Source: Myxococcota bacterium (GTDB lineage: Bacteria > Myxococcota_A > UBA796 > CAJQPC01). Taken from it: DNA of 64,000 bases. Both the position numbers and the translations under genes were made by a program. Below, piece by piece: positions 41,133 to 52,587 of this stretch (position 1 is the stretch's first letter; each line of letters starts with the position of its first letter). Below the pieces are notes generated by a model, which ran no database searches, was not told where the DNA came from, and was given only the letters and a program-made list of their open reading frames with translations. The DNA lies in the NCBI GenBank assembly GCA_036012755.1, contig DASCPX010000063.1:1-64000 (forward strand), written 5' to 3'.

Positions 41133-42005
41133 ATGCTGCTTCTGGCCCTGGGGTGCACCCCCGAGAACACCTTCGTAGAGCGGCCCTTCGAGTCGATCGC
41201 GGTGGTCACCGGTGACTTCGACCAGGTCGAGGCGAGCTTCAACCGGCTCGACGTCGCGTACATCCCCTACGAGGGCTACATCACGACGGCCGCCTACGAC
41301 GAGTCCGTCGATCCCGACCTGATGGGGCTCAAGAGCGAGCACCTCTTCACGGGCGAGGACGACGACGGCAACAAGGAGCTCTTCAAGCACGACGCGCTCT
41401 TCGTCAACAGCGGCACCCGCGGCTTCGCCGAGTACATGTACAAGGAGAGCCTCGCCGCCGACGATCATCTCGTGTCGGACGAGCAGGTCATCGAGGACGT
41501 GCGTGACTTCGTCAGCCGCGGTCGCACCGTCTGGGTGAGTGACTGGGGCTATGAGCTCGTCGAGGCGTGCTGGCCCGACATGATCGACTTCTACGGCGAC
41601 GACGAGCTGCTCGAGGACGCAGAGGTCGGGGCCTCCGGTCGGACCGCAGCCCGTATCATCGACAGCGAGCTCCAAGAGAAGCTCGGAACGGAGCAGCTGT
41701 CCATCGACTTCAACTACACGAACTGGGCGCTGGTCGAGGACGTCTCCGACGACGTCGAGGTCGTCCTTCGCGGCGACGTCGGCTACCGCATCTCCGCAGA
41801 GGAGGGGTGGGGCGAGCTCGAGCAGGTGCCGCTGTTGGTGCGCTTCCAGGTCGGCAGCGGGACCGTGGTGTTCTCGAGCTTCCACTGGCGCGCCCAGAAC
41901 GCGGGCTTCGCCGACGCGCTGTTGGCCGAGGTCGTCCCTGGTATCGATCCCGGCAGCGTGCTCGACGGGAACACCGCAGAGGAGAGCGGAGATGGGACCG
42001 ACTAG
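41133..42005 (+). CDS. Hypothetical lipoprotein (possibly class I GATase-like fold)
   Basis: MLLLALGC, IAVVTGDFD, DALFVNSG, RDFVSRGRTVWVSDW, GSGTVVFSSFH. Confidence 0.7.
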   Translation: MLLLALGCTPENTFVERPFESIAVVTGDFDQVEASFNRLDVAYIPYEGYITTAAYDESVDPDLMGLKSEHLFTGEDDDGNKELFKHDALFVNSGTRGFAEYMYKESLAADDHLVSDEQVIEDVRDFVSRGRTVWVSDWGYELVEACWPDMIDFYGDDELLEDAEVGASGRTAARIIDSELQEKLGTEQLSIDFNYTNWALVEDVSDDVEVVLRGDVGYRISAEEGWGELEQVPLLVRFQVGSGTVVFSSFHWRAQNAGFADALLAEVVPGIDPGSVLDGNTAEESGDGTD

Positions 42006-43536
42006 CTGGTTGTTGCTCCTGTCGTGTACGGACTACGAGTTCTACACGCAGAAGCACGCCGACGTCTTCCAGCAGAACAAGGAGAAGGTCGTCGACGTTC
42101 TGCTCGTCGTCGACAACTCCTGCTCCATGATCGAGGAGCAGGTGAAGCTGGCCACGAACTTCGGGGCCTTCATCCAGTACTTCGACGGCGTCGACGTCGA
42201 CTACCAGCTCGCCGTGATCACCACGGACACCGTCCAGGACGAGTTCCGCGGCAAGTTCGTCGGCGGAGACGATGAGATCCTGCTCTCCGGGCCCACCGGG
42301 GCCGAGATCGACCGGGTCACCTACGACCGTGAATGGTCCCTCCCGCTGGGCGTGTCGCTGGCGCTCGATCGCGGCGAGGAGAGCGGCACCGCCAACGACG
42401 TCCGGGACAACTGGTGCCAGAGCACCTCCGAGATGGCATCCGGTGACCTCGGCACACCGGGGGCGGACAACGACTGCGGGACCCCCGAAGACGGGGACGG
42501 CGAGGACGACTCCGGACTCGACGAAGCCCAGGAGCCCCAGTTCGGCGACCTCATCGTCACGGAGTTCCTCCCGACCCCCGCCGGCGTCGATCAGACCCTC
42601 GGGGAGTTCGTCGAGCTCAAGAACATCAGCGGGCACGCCCTGGACCTGGACGGCTGCGCTCTCTCGGACAGCGGGCGCAACTGGTTCTCCTTCCCGGACG
42701 GCATCGTCCTCGAAGACGGCGAGTACGTGGTCTTCGCCCGCTCGGACGACTCCGACGCAAACGGCGGAGTGACGGACGCCGTCGCCATGGGCGAGGACTT
42801 CACGCTCAACGACGAGGTCACGGTCATCGACGCCAACACCGACAACGCCTCGGAGATCTTCGCCGAGATGGTCGCCCAGGGCATCAGCGGCTCCGGCATC
42901 GAGATGGGCCTGGAGGGGGCTCGGATGGCCTTCACGCCAGAGCTGCTCGAGACCACCAACGCCGGGTTCCTGCGCGAGGAGGCCAACCTCTCCTTCATCT
43001 TCGTCTCGGACGAGGACGACGACAGCCCCTACCCGGTGGACGACTACCTCACCTTCTACGCGGGTCTCAAGGGCGAGGGGGCCTTCCGCGACCACACGAA
43101 GTTCAACATCTCTGCGGTCGTCGGCTCCCGCGAGCCCGAGTTCTGGGGCGAGCCCAGCTGCTCCAGCGACGACGGCCAGGCGGACTATGGCAAGCGCTAC
43201 GTCGACCTCGCCGACCGGACCGACGGTCTCATCGAGAGCATCTGTGACGATGACTTCTCGCCCATCGCGGCGGACCTCGGCCTGATCCTGAGTGGCCTCG
43301 CCATCGAGTTCGAGCTCTCGGAGCAGCCCGACGAGACGACCATCGAGGTCGCGCTCTACGAGGACGCGGACGAGACCAGCTTCGTGCGTGACCTCGTCGC
43401 CGGAGACGACTACACCTACGTGCGCGAGCGCAACAGCATCCGCTTCGAGGAGGACCAGGTTCCGCCCCCCTCCTGGTACTTCACTGTGAGCTACGAGCTC
43501 GTCGCGACGGGCGCCAGCTTCGAGGACAGCGAGTGA
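41992..43536 (+). CDS. VWA-domain lipoprotein with an inserted lamin-tail-like domain
   Basis: VDVLLVVDNSCSM (MIDAS DxSxS), VITTD, E.GLE, FLREEANLSFIFVSDEDD. LTD motifs GDLIVTE, GEFVEL and GTPG lie between the VWA halves. Confidence 0.8.
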   Translation: MGPTSWLLLLSCTDYEFYTQKHADVFQQNKEKVVDVLLVVDNSCSMIEEQVKLATNFGAFIQYFDGVDVDYQLAVITTDTVQDEFRGKFVGGDDEILLSGPTGAEIDRVTYDREWSLPLGVSLALDRGEESGTANDVRDNWCQSTSEMASGDLGTPGADNDCGTPEDGDGEDDSGLDEAQEPQFGDLIVTEFLPTPAGVDQTLGEFVELKNISGHALDLDGCALSDSGRNWFSFPDGIVLEDGEYVVFARSDDSDANGGVTDAVAMGEDFTLNDEVTVIDANTDNASEIFAEMVAQGISGSGIEMGLEGARMAFTPELLETTNAGFLREEANLSFIFVSDEDDDSPYPVDDYLTFYAGLKGEGAFRDHTKFNISAVVGSREPEFWGEPSCSSDDGQADYGKRYVDLADRTDGLIESICDDDFSPIAADLGLILSGLAIEFELSEQPDETTIEVALYEDADETSFVRDLVAGDDYTYVRERNSIRFEEDQVPPPSWYFTVSYELVATGASFEDSE

Positions 43537-44156
43537 TCCTTCTTGCCTTGATGGGCTGCGAGCCCGAAGTCCAGTGCGACGAAGCCACCGCCTGCCCCTT
43601 CGGCGAGGTCTGCGTCGAGGGTGTCTGCGAGTCGGTCGCCTGCGCCACCTCGGTCGACTGCGGGATGGAGCAGCACTGCGAAGGCCGCACCTGCGTGGAG
43701 GGCTGCGCAGAGGACAGCGACTGCTGGCCGGGGGATGTCTGCGACCTGGCCTCCAAGACCTGCATCGCGCGGGGCTGCCGCGACACCCAGCTGGACTGCG
43801 GCTACCGGGAGTTCTGCAACGAGGCCAACGGCGAGTGCTACGAGACCACCGGGTACTACTGTCGCCCCTGCGAGGACGACAGCAACTGCGGCAGCGAGGA
43901 CAACATCTGCCTCAACTTCGGCTCCGGACGTCAGTACTGTGGGGTCTACTGCGAGGACGATCAGGAGTGCCCGAGCGGCTTCGGCTGCCTCCCGGTCGGT
44001 GACATCAACGGCAACATCATCAGCTTCCAGTGCATCACCTATTGCTGGCTCTACGACGACTACGACGGCACCTTCCCGTCCGACAAGGTCAGCGTCGACG
44101 ACACCCTCGTCCTCTGGGAGCTGGACCCGACGCCCGTCTGCGAGGTCGAGCTGTGA
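43533..44156 (+). CDS. Cysteine-rich repeat lipoprotein
   Basis: MILLALMGC and about six C-x5-C-x5-C-x4/6-C repeats. GTGA overlap. Confidence 0.8.
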   Translation: MILLALMGCEPEVQCDEATACPFGEVCVEGVCESVACATSVDCGMEQHCEGRTCVEGCAEDSDCWPGDVCDLASKTCIARGCRDTQLDCGYREFCNEANGECYETTGYYCRPCEDDSNCGSEDNICLNFGSGRQYCGVYCEDDQECPSGFGCLPVGDINGNIISFQCITYCWLYDDYDGTFPSDKVSVDDTLVLWELDPTPVCEVEL

Positions 44157-46846
44157 TCCTGTTGCTGGTGGGGGCTTGCACGAACGACGACCCCGACTCG
44201 GGCCTGGAGCTCTCCGGGCCGGTGATGACCCACACAGAGCCGAGCGGCCCCTTCGACATCGGTGTGCCCATCCCGCTGAGCGTCAGCGCAGATGACGACG
44301 ACGGTGTCGGCGGAGTCGACGTCGCCTACCGGGTAGAGGACGGCGCCTTCTGGTCGGCGCTGGAGCTCGAGAGCGACGACGGCCTGACGTGGACCGCGGA
44401 GATCCCGGGAGATGACGTCGTGGACCCGGGCATGGAGTACTACTTCAAGGCCGTCGATCTGAACGACACACCGAGCACCAGCTACCTGCCAGGGGACATC
44501 GCAAGTCCCTTCTTCGTCCAGGTGGACCTCGTCGGCGAGCCGCTCCCCTACACGCAGGACTTCGAGCTCTCCGACGGCGTCGACGAGCTCTACAGCATGG
44601 GCTGGGCCAGCGCGTCAGCGGGCTTCGCCGGCTACCAGTGGGACACCTCGGCGGCCCAGGCCTACAGTGGCGAGACCTCCGCGGCCCATGGCCGTGGGGT
44701 CGAGGGTGTCCCCGCACTCGACGACTGGCTCATCTCTCCGCCGCTGGATCTGAGCTCGGAGGGTCGCATCCAGGTCACCTGGTGGGAGTACGGACAGGGC
44801 TCGGAGTTCGCCAACCACAGCCTGCTGTTGTCGACGTCCTCGAAGGACCCGGCGGACGGTGACTACGTGGAGGTGGAGCTCCTCGAGGCCCCCCTGGACG
44901 ACGAGTGGAGCCGCTCGCAGGTCGTCGAGCTCACGGACTGGGCCGGCGAGCGCGCGGTCTACCTCGCCTGGCGCTACGAGGGCGAGTACTCGGACGACTG
45001 GTACGTCGACGACATCGTCGTGCGCGACATGACCATCGACCTGTCCCACGAGCTGTCCTGGGACCCGGATCCAATCTCTCCCGGCGAGTCCGGAGAGCTC
45101 CTGCTCACCGTCTACAACCTCGTCGATGTCGACGGCGGGCCCCTGACCGTCACTGGCAGCTTCCCGGAGGGCGGAGCGAGCTTCGTCGGCGCCGAGCAGA
45201 CCATCGACGAGATCCTCGCGGATGGCTCCGCTTTGGCGATCTTCGAGATCGAGATCGACCAGGAGACCCCGGAGAACTCCTACCTTCCGGTGGACTTCGA
45301 CCTCGACGATGGAGCGGACAGCTGGCTCTTCGAGGATCTTCTGGTCGTGGGCTACCCGAGCAGCGCGACGCTGGAGCTCACCCTCGTCGAGGAGGCCCTG
45401 CTCCAGGTGGACCTCGGCGTCGGCGACCCCGACGCCCCGCTCTGGGAGGAGACGATCTACAGCGCGGTCGAGCCCGCGGGGGTGCTGACCCTCGAAGAGG
45501 ACGTGACCGACCTGCACGACCTCCTGCCGCCTGCCGCTGGCGAGCTGCGCTGGTACGCCCGCATCACCTCGGACTCCCAGGGCAAGGCCGACGCCTTCGA
45601 GCTCTCCGTCGGTGACGAGACCTTCTCAGCGACAGAGACCCCGAGCTGGGTCGCTGGCGGGATCTCGTTGGTCTACCTGCCCGAGCCGCCCTCGCCGACG
45701 CTGAGGGACAACGACCTGACCCCCTCCACCCTCGAGCCTGGTACGGAGGTGACCGTCGTCGGCACCTTCCGCAATGACGGCGCCGAGACGGCGGGTCCCG
45801 TCACCGTCGAGCTGAAGAGCGATGACTCCGACGTCTCCGTTGGCGGCAGCGGCCCGGTCGAGCTGACCGCCGGTGCGTGGGAGTCGGCAGAGCTCGTCAC
45901 TGCCCCGGCCGCCTCCTTCACGGTGCTCTCCGCCCACACGGACTCCACGCCGGTCGAGCTCTACTGGGAGCTCGACGATGGGGTCGAGACCTGGACGCTG
46001 GACTTCGAGGCCGAGGTCCCGTGGCCCGTGCTGAAGATCACGCGCATCGACATCGACGACTCGGACGGTAACGGCGACGGGCTCCTCGACGCGGGCGAGT
46101 CCGCGGAGCTCGACATCGAGGTGACCAACGTCGGCGCCATGGACACGACGGGCGTCGTGCGCGGCACCTTGTCCATCGCCTCGTCTTCGACGGCGACCGC
46201 GAGCACCAACGGCGGCACCCAGACCATCGGTGTGCTCGGCGTCGACGACGACGGTGACGCCGACTTCGACATCGAGGTGGACAGCTCCAGCTCGGCCGGA
46301 GACACGGTCGATCTCGTGCTGACGATGACGGACTCGGCCAACACCTACCTGGCGACGGCCCAGCTCGTGCTCGGCGAGCCACCATGGCTCACCATCGCCC
46401 CGACCGACGACGACATCGGCGACAACTACGAGTACACCTTCGACATCGTCAACGGCAAGTACCGCAGCGACGGCACGACCTTCGAGCTGTTGATGGAGTC
46501 GGCGGAACCCTACGACTCCACCGCCTTCGTCGAGATGTGGTGTGTCGCGGACGGTGACTACCAGTTCATCCGCATGGTGCTGCAGTCCGGGACCTCCAAG
46601 CTGCAGGGCTACGACAACGGCTTCTTGACCCTCGCGACGCCGAGCCTGAGCTACCCGAGCTCGACAGAGGTCCTCTTCTCCTGGGACGTCGCGGACATGG
46701 CGCTCGATCGAGACGTGCTGACCTGCGGCTTCGGCAGCGGCTGGTGCACCACCGAGACGAGCAACTTCTGCGACCACATGCCGGACGGCTGGGGCTACTA
46801 CTACCAGACGTGGAGCTCGAGCTACTTCTACGATCTCAGCTGGTAG
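44153..46846 (+). CDS. Large acidic multidomain surface lipoprotein (cleaved-adhesin-like and CARDB/Ig-like domains)
   Basis: MILLLVGAC, DDWLISPPLDL...VYLAWRY...WYVDDI (cleaved-adhesin-like), GNGDGLLDAGE...IEVTNVG. Confidence 0.75.
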   Translation: MILLLVGACTNDDPDSGLELSGPVMTHTEPSGPFDIGVPIPLSVSADDDDGVGGVDVAYRVEDGAFWSALELESDDGLTWTAEIPGDDVVDPGMEYYFKAVDLNDTPSTSYLPGDIASPFFVQVDLVGEPLPYTQDFELSDGVDELYSMGWASASAGFAGYQWDTSAAQAYSGETSAAHGRGVEGVPALDDWLISPPLDLSSEGRIQVTWWEYGQGSEFANHSLLLSTSSKDPADGDYVEVELLEAPLDDEWSRSQVVELTDWAGERAVYLAWRYEGEYSDDWYVDDIVVRDMTIDLSHELSWDPDPISPGESGELLLTVYNLVDVDGGPLTVTGSFPEGGASFVGAEQTIDEILADGSALAIFEIEIDQETPENSYLPVDFDLDDGADSWLFEDLLVVGYPSSATLELTLVEEALLQVDLGVGDPDAPLWEETIYSAVEPAGVLTLEEDVTDLHDLLPPAAGELRWYARITSDSQGKADAFELSVGDETFSATETPSWVAGGISLVYLPEPPSPTLRDNDLTPSTLEPGTEVTVVGTFRNDGAETAGPVTVELKSDDSDVSVGGSGPVELTAGAWESAELVTAPAASFTVLSAHTDSTPVELYWELDDGVETWTLDFEAEVPWPVLKITRIDIDDSDGNGDGLLDAGESAELDIEVTNVGAMDTTGVVRGTLSIASSSTATASTNGGTQTIGVLGVDDDGDADFDIEVDSSSSAGDTVDLVLTMTDSANTYLATAQLVLGEPPWLTIAPTDDDIGDNYEYTFDIVNGKYRSDGTTFELLMESAEPYDSTAFVEMWCVADGDYQFIRMVLQSGTSKLQGYDNGFLTLATPSLSYPSSTEVLFSWDVADMALDRDVLTCGFGSGWCTTETSNFCDHMPDGWGYYYQTWSSSYFYDLSW

Positions 46847-47221
46847 AAGGCGGCCGCGCCGGCCCAGACCAGCGCTACGGTGCCCAGGACCAGCCACACG
46901 ACGAGATCGGTCGGATCGAGCAGGTGGCGGTGGAAGAGCCGCCCGAGCCCGACGCCGAAGAGCAGCCCGAAGACCCAGGTGCGGCCTCGGTGATAGCGGG
47001 CTCGGCCCGTGTGCACCGCCAGGTACTCGCCGGTCGGCGGGCCCAGCCACAGCGCCAGCTCCATGTCATGTGGGACTGGCAGGCTGCCGGCCAGACCGGC
47101 TAGGATGACGGCTCCTGCAATCGGCCAGACCGCGGTGCACCGGCGACAGAGCGACAGCCCACCGATGTGGATACAACGAGCCTCGTCGTCTGGTCCGTGA
47201 TGTGCCAGGAGGAGCCGCCAC

Positions 47222-47223
<2 letters not shown>
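46828..47223 (-). CDS. DUF2085-like small membrane protein
   Basis: HH...RC...GGLSLCRRCTAVW followed by three or four TM helices. Confidence 0.65.
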
Positions 47224-48432
<1,209 letters not shown>

Positions 48433-48436
<4 letters not shown>

Positions 48437-49044
48437 GCGCCTGGAACGAGCTCGCAGATGACCTCGTCAACAAGCCCGTCCAGTGGTTCGACGTCCCCAC
48501 GGCCGTCCAGCTGGACGCCTTCCTCCGGGGCTATGCGGCTGTGGACCCCAACCTGACGCGGGTGCTCAACGCCCTGGGCGACGCCCTCAGAAAGCAGCGA
48601 GGTTGCCGGATCGCCGCGAGCGCCGGCTCCATCGTCTACGCCACCGAGCCCGACCTGAGGACAGGCTACGCCGTCCTGGCCAAGAGCTTCCAGAACTGCG
48701 CGGGCCTGGCCCAGCCCGCCGACGACGTGACCATCCACAGCGTGACGGCGCTCCTCCCCATCCTGAGATCCGCGGCCAGCCCAGTCGCCGCCTGGCAGAT
48801 CCGCGAGCTGCGCTCCTACTTCCGCGGCGCCTTTCGCGCGCTCGAGGACCACGGCGTCGACATCCGTGAAGACGACAAGCGCATGAACGAGTACGACCAC
48901 TGGCTGCGCCAGCGCTTCGGCCTCTCGGGTCGCTGGGACCGGGTCATAGAGGTCCTGGACCTCGGCAAAGGCAAGTCGGTGCCCTTCTTCGTGAGGACCT
49001 TTCAGACCTTCCTGCGCCAGCGCGGCGAGCTCGTCGTCAACTGA
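48433..49044 (+). CDS. Hypothetical cytoplasmic protein with an internal duplication
   Basis: GTGA overlap. Two similar segments, QLDAFLRGY and ELRSYFRGA. Confidence 0.65.
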
Positions 49045-49057
49045 GGGGGTCCCCCTC
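49043..49057. terminator. GC hairpin between convergent genes
   Basis: GAGGGGG-T-CCCCCTC inverted repeat with no U-tract. Confidence 0.35.
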
Positions 49058-49062
49058 TCCAG

Positions 49063-50061
49063 CTAGTCGTTCGGGACCGCGCGGACCTCGAGGATGTCGA
49101 TGTTGGCCTCTGTGAAGCCAGAGGTATGCATCTCGACCTCGACGCCGTCCGACCAGCGGAGGTTGAGCTCCTCGTCCTCTTCGACCAGCTCCTTGAAGAG
49201 CTCTGTGGTCAAGAGCCGCCTGTCCTCGATGTCATCCAGGTCCTCGGGCTGCAGGGTGCCGACCATGACCGCCTCGTGGCTGGGGATGCTGCCCTCGACG
49301 GAGATCTCGACGAGCTCGAGCTCCTTGCCGGTCTTGTCCTTGATGGTCGCCGCCAGGACCAGGTCCGTCATCACGAACTTGGACTGGTTGTGGATCATGA
49401 ACTGGAAGATGGTCAGGTTCTGGTTCTTCTCGTCGAGCTGAAGCCAGCTGGCGTTCTTGACCGAGATGTACTTGTCGGGGTTGTACAGCGGGTCGTAGTC
49501 GAGGCGGGTGTCCTTGTCGGCGAAGAAGTACGCCGGCACCACGCTGTCGACGCGGGCGTAGCCCTCGGTCCCGGTCGTGCTGCGGAGGTGGTACCACTCG
49601 CCGCGCTTGCCGAGGATGGCCGCGCTCGTGTCCTTCTCCATCGTGCCGATCGACGCCCCGTCCGGCTTGGCGTAGAGCGGAGCGTTCTCCTGGGTCACGA
49701 GGACCTCTGTCAACGCCAGGCCGTTGGCGCCGAGGAGGTCGAGTTCGCCCTTCTCGGGCAGCTCGTTTGCGTAGTACCAGGCGGCGCTGCCGCCCACGAC
49801 GATGAGGGCGAGGAAGAGCGCCACGAGGGGCATGGGAGAGCGCTGGGGGAGGGGTTCGTCGTCGAAGTCCGGGCTCGAGGTGCCGCTCTGGAGCACACCT
49901 TGGAGCTCCGGCACCTCCGAGGCATAGAGCCAGTCCGCGGCTCCGGGGGGCTGGACCATGTCGGAGCCAGCGAGCTCACCGGACCGGGCGAGCCTCTTCA
50001 GCTCGTCGAGATCCTGAGCCGCGAAGTTCCGGTCACCTTGCTGAACGAGCCAGCTCGACAT
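49063..50061 (-). CDS. GYF_2(DUF4339)-like + TM + SH3b-like domain protein
   Basis: WLV...ELKRLARSGEL..SDMV..PG..DWLYASEVPEL, one TM helix, then ILGKRGEWYHL...G.EGY. Confidence 0.7.
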   Translation of the reverse strand: MSSWLVQQGDRNFAAQDLDELKRLARSGELAGSDMVQPPGAADWLYASEVPELQGVLQSGTSSPDFDDEPLPQRSPMPLVALFLALIVVGGSAAWYYANELPEKGELDLLGANGLALTEVLVTQENAPLYAKPDGASIGTMEKDTSAAILGKRGEWYHLRSTTGTEGYARVDSVVPAYFFADKDTRLDYDPLYNPDKYISVKNASWLQLDEKNQNLTIFQFMIHNQSKFVMTDLVLAATIKDKTGKELELVEISVEGSIPSHEAVMVGTLQPEDLDDIEDRRLLTTELFKELVEEDEELNLRWSDGVEVEMHTSGFTEANIDILEVRAVPND

Positions 50062-50210
50062 GCGCACTCCTCCGAGCCATTCGCAACAACGGCAGTCGAT
50101 TTCCTACCGTGGCCCGTCTCGGAGGGTCAACCGAGACGAGGCCAGCGCCGACGGCATTTACCGTCTTTTTTCCAGCGACGTGCTCCGGGCGCTGCGGGTT
50201 AGCAGGGGCC

Positions 50211-50654
50211 GTGCCGTTTTCCCCGCCCAGGCTGCTGGTCGCCTACGACGACGCGGATGGTCTCTGCCCGACGGTCGTGCCGCGGCTGGTCGAGCTGCTC
50301 GAGGACCGCGCCTTCCAGGTCGAAGAGCACGTGATCGGAGACCGGCCCGAGTCCCTCGACCTCTACGGGTACCAGGGCCTGGTCGTGGGAACGCCGAGCT
50401 ACGGCCTGGGTCTTCGAGGGGCGGGCCCCAGCGAGCGGGTGCAGCGCTTCATCGAGGCCCAAGAGGACCTCGACGAGGTCCGCGTGGCGGTCTTCTGTGT
50501 CTACAAGGTCCGCCCCGGAAACAGCCTGCGAAACACGCGCCAGCTCGTGCGGGACCGAGGCGGTGAGGTGGTCTGCACCTTCGCCTACAGCAAGCTCCGG
50601 CCAGAGCACGACGAGCACGTGCTGCCAGCCGAGTGCATGGTGAGGATTCGCTGA
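50211..50654 (+). CDS. Flavodoxin-like domain protein
   Basis: LLVAY, DL..YQGLVVGTPSYG, VAVFC. Confidence 0.65.
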   Translation: MPFSPPRLLVAYDDADGLCPTVVPRLVELLEDRAFQVEEHVIGDRPESLDLYGYQGLVVGTPSYGLGLRGAGPSERVQRFIEAQEDLDEVRVAVFCVYKVRPGNSLRNTRQLVRDRGGEVVCTFAYSKLRPEHDEHVLPAECMVRIR

Positions 50655-51499
50655 GCCCCTCCCTGCTGGCGCGGCTGAGCGCGGCCCTGCAGGGCGAGGT
50701 CTCGTTCGTTCGGGCGCTCGGCGGGGGGGACATCAACCAGGCTGGCCTCGTCTCGCTGGATGGCCAGCCGGTCTTCGTGAAGTGGAACCCCAACCCGGTC
50801 CCCGGCATGTTCGCCTGCGAGGCCGAGGGCCTGGGCGCTCTCAGGGACACCCACACCCTGCGGGTCCCGGAGCCCATCGCCTGGGGCGAGGACTTCTTGG
50901 CGATGGAGTACCTGCCGCTGCCGCGGGCGCGGCGTGACTTCGGCGAAGAGCTGGGCCGTGGCCTCGCGGCGCTCCACAGGGTCACGGCGCGGAGGCACGG
51001 CTTCCACCAGGACAACGTGCTGGCGGTGCTCCCGCAGCCCAACGCATGGACCGACAGCTGGGTCGCTTTCTGGGGCCACCGGCGGCTGGCCCACTTCGGG
51101 CGCATCGCCCTGGAGCGTGGCCAGCTGGCGAGCGACACCTTCGCCGCCCTGGAGCGGCTGATCGCTCGGCTGGGGACCCTGATTCCCGCCCATCCCCCCG
51201 CCTCGCGCCTCCACGGGGACCTGTGGTCAGGGAACGTCGTGCCGGCCCCGGATGGCGCACCGGCGCTGGTGGACCCCGCCGTCTACCACGGTCACCGCGA
51301 GGTCGACCTCGCCATGAGCGAGCTCTTCGGTGGATTCTCAGCGAGCTTCTACGCCGCCTACAGGGAGTCCTGGCCGCTGGAGCCGGGCTACGAGCGCCGC
51401 CGCATCGTCTACCAGATCGCCCCCCTGCTGGTGCACGCGATCCTCTTCGGCGGCCCCTACGAAGGACAGGTGGCCTCCGCGCTCTCGCGGCTCTCCTGA
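50633..51499 (+). CDS. Fructosamine kinase family protein
   Basis: LGGGDIN, FVKWN, MF.CEA.GL, LHGDLWSGN, DPAVY.GHREVDLAM.ELFGGF. The start may be CTG at 50651. Confidence 0.92.
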   Translation: MHGEDSLSPSLLARLSAALQGEVSFVRALGGGDINQAGLVSLDGQPVFVKWNPNPVPGMFACEAEGLGALRDTHTLRVPEPIAWGEDFLAMEYLPLPRARRDFGEELGRGLAALHRVTARRHGFHQDNVLAVLPQPNAWTDSWVAFWGHRRLAHFGRIALERGQLASDTFAALERLIARLGTLIPAHPPASRLHGDLWSGNVVPAPDGAPALVDPAVYHGHREVDLAMSELFGGFSASFYAAYRESWPLEPGYERRRIVYQIAPLLVHAILFGGPYEGQVASALSRLS

Positions 51500-52587
51500 G
51501 CGGGCGCGAGCAACAACGCCGCGGCCCGGCGCACACCGGGGCTCTTCCAGAAAGCGCGCAGTCGAGGGTCGAGCCTGGAGAGCGCGGTCGTCACGCGCTG
51601 GTGGGCGATGAAGAGCTCCACCTGGCGCAGCGCCAGGAGCACGTCGGCGTGTTCGATCTCGCGCTCGATCGCCAGGGCGCGGGCGAAGTAGAGCACCGCG
51701 TCCGCTTGGAGGAGCAGGCGCGTGATGCCGGCGGTGGCGCAGGGGGCGTCCTGGAAGACGCGGCGGCCCTGGACGTGGCCCCGCAGCCAACGGACGAGCA
51801 GGGCGTGGGACTCCGGGGGGAGCAGTCCGGGGTGGCTGCGCACCTTCGCCATGTCGATGTCTGTGTCCAGCAGGCGCGAGCGGTACCTCAGCCGGAACTC
51901 CAGTGCTCGCGGCAGGAGGAAGACGCCCTTCAGCCTGGACCACGCCGAGCCCTGGTCCATGAGGTCCGCGTAGAGCGTCAGGGCGAAGGCGTAGCGGGCC
52001 TCGCCTTCTGAGGGGGGGACGGTCGCCTTGTTCGGAAAGGCCGCCAGCCTGCCCATCACCTCGAAGACGTCCGAGCCCCACTCGAAGGCCTCCAGCGCCT
52101 CGTCGAGCTGGGCCGTGGTCCAATCGAGGCCCTCTTCTATGGGGTAGATCGTGCCGCTGTCAGGGTCGGCTTCACAGAGGTCCTTTGCGAAGAGCCGCCG
52201 GGCATGCTCGGGATCGAGGGCCTCGCCGAGGCCCTGGCGCACCGCCTCGCAGCCGAAGCTCGCGGAGACCCAGACGTGCTCGTCAGAGGCCACGTGCACG
52301 TAAGGGAAGCGTTGGCACATCAGCGGCTTGGCCTCTTCGCCGTGGGCCGCGTGGATGACACAGAGGCCGTCTGACCCCAGCTGGGAGCAGGCCCCATCGG
52401 CGCCCTTGACGATGGCCCAGGTGCCCTCGTGGGGGCCGGGCTCGAAGATCTCCTCGTAGCCCAGCGCGGCGAGGCTCTCCTTGGTCGCCTGGTCGCAGAG
52501 CACGAGCCAGGGGTTCTTGCAGCAGCCGCCCTTCGTCGTGCAGGTGAAGCGGGACTCGCAGTCCAGGATCAGGGGTTCACCAGGCAA
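51457..52587 (-). CDS. YkgJ/FliB-like cysteine-cluster (putative Fe-S) protein
   Basis: FTC...GCC..W, GACSQL..DGLC.IH..HG...KP.MCQRFP, SFGC. Confidence 0.75.
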   Translation of the reverse strand: MPGEPLILDCESRFTCTTKGGCCKNPWLVLCDQATKESLAALGYEEIFEPGPHEGTWAIVKGADGACSQLGSDGLCVIHAAHGEEAKPLMCQRFPYVHVASDEHVWVSASFGCEAVRQGLGEALDPEHARRLFAKDLCEADPDSGTIYPIEEGLDWTTAQLDEALEAFEWGSDVFEVMGRLAAFPNKATVPPSEGEARYAFALTLYADLMDQGSAWSRLKGVFLLPRALEFRLRYRSRLLDTDIDMAKVRSHPGLLPPESHALLVRWLRGHVQGRRVFQDAPCATAGITRLLLQADAVLYFARALAIEREIEHADVLLALRQVELFIAHQRVTTALSRLDPRLRAFWKSPGVRRAAALLLAPAQESRESAEATCPS

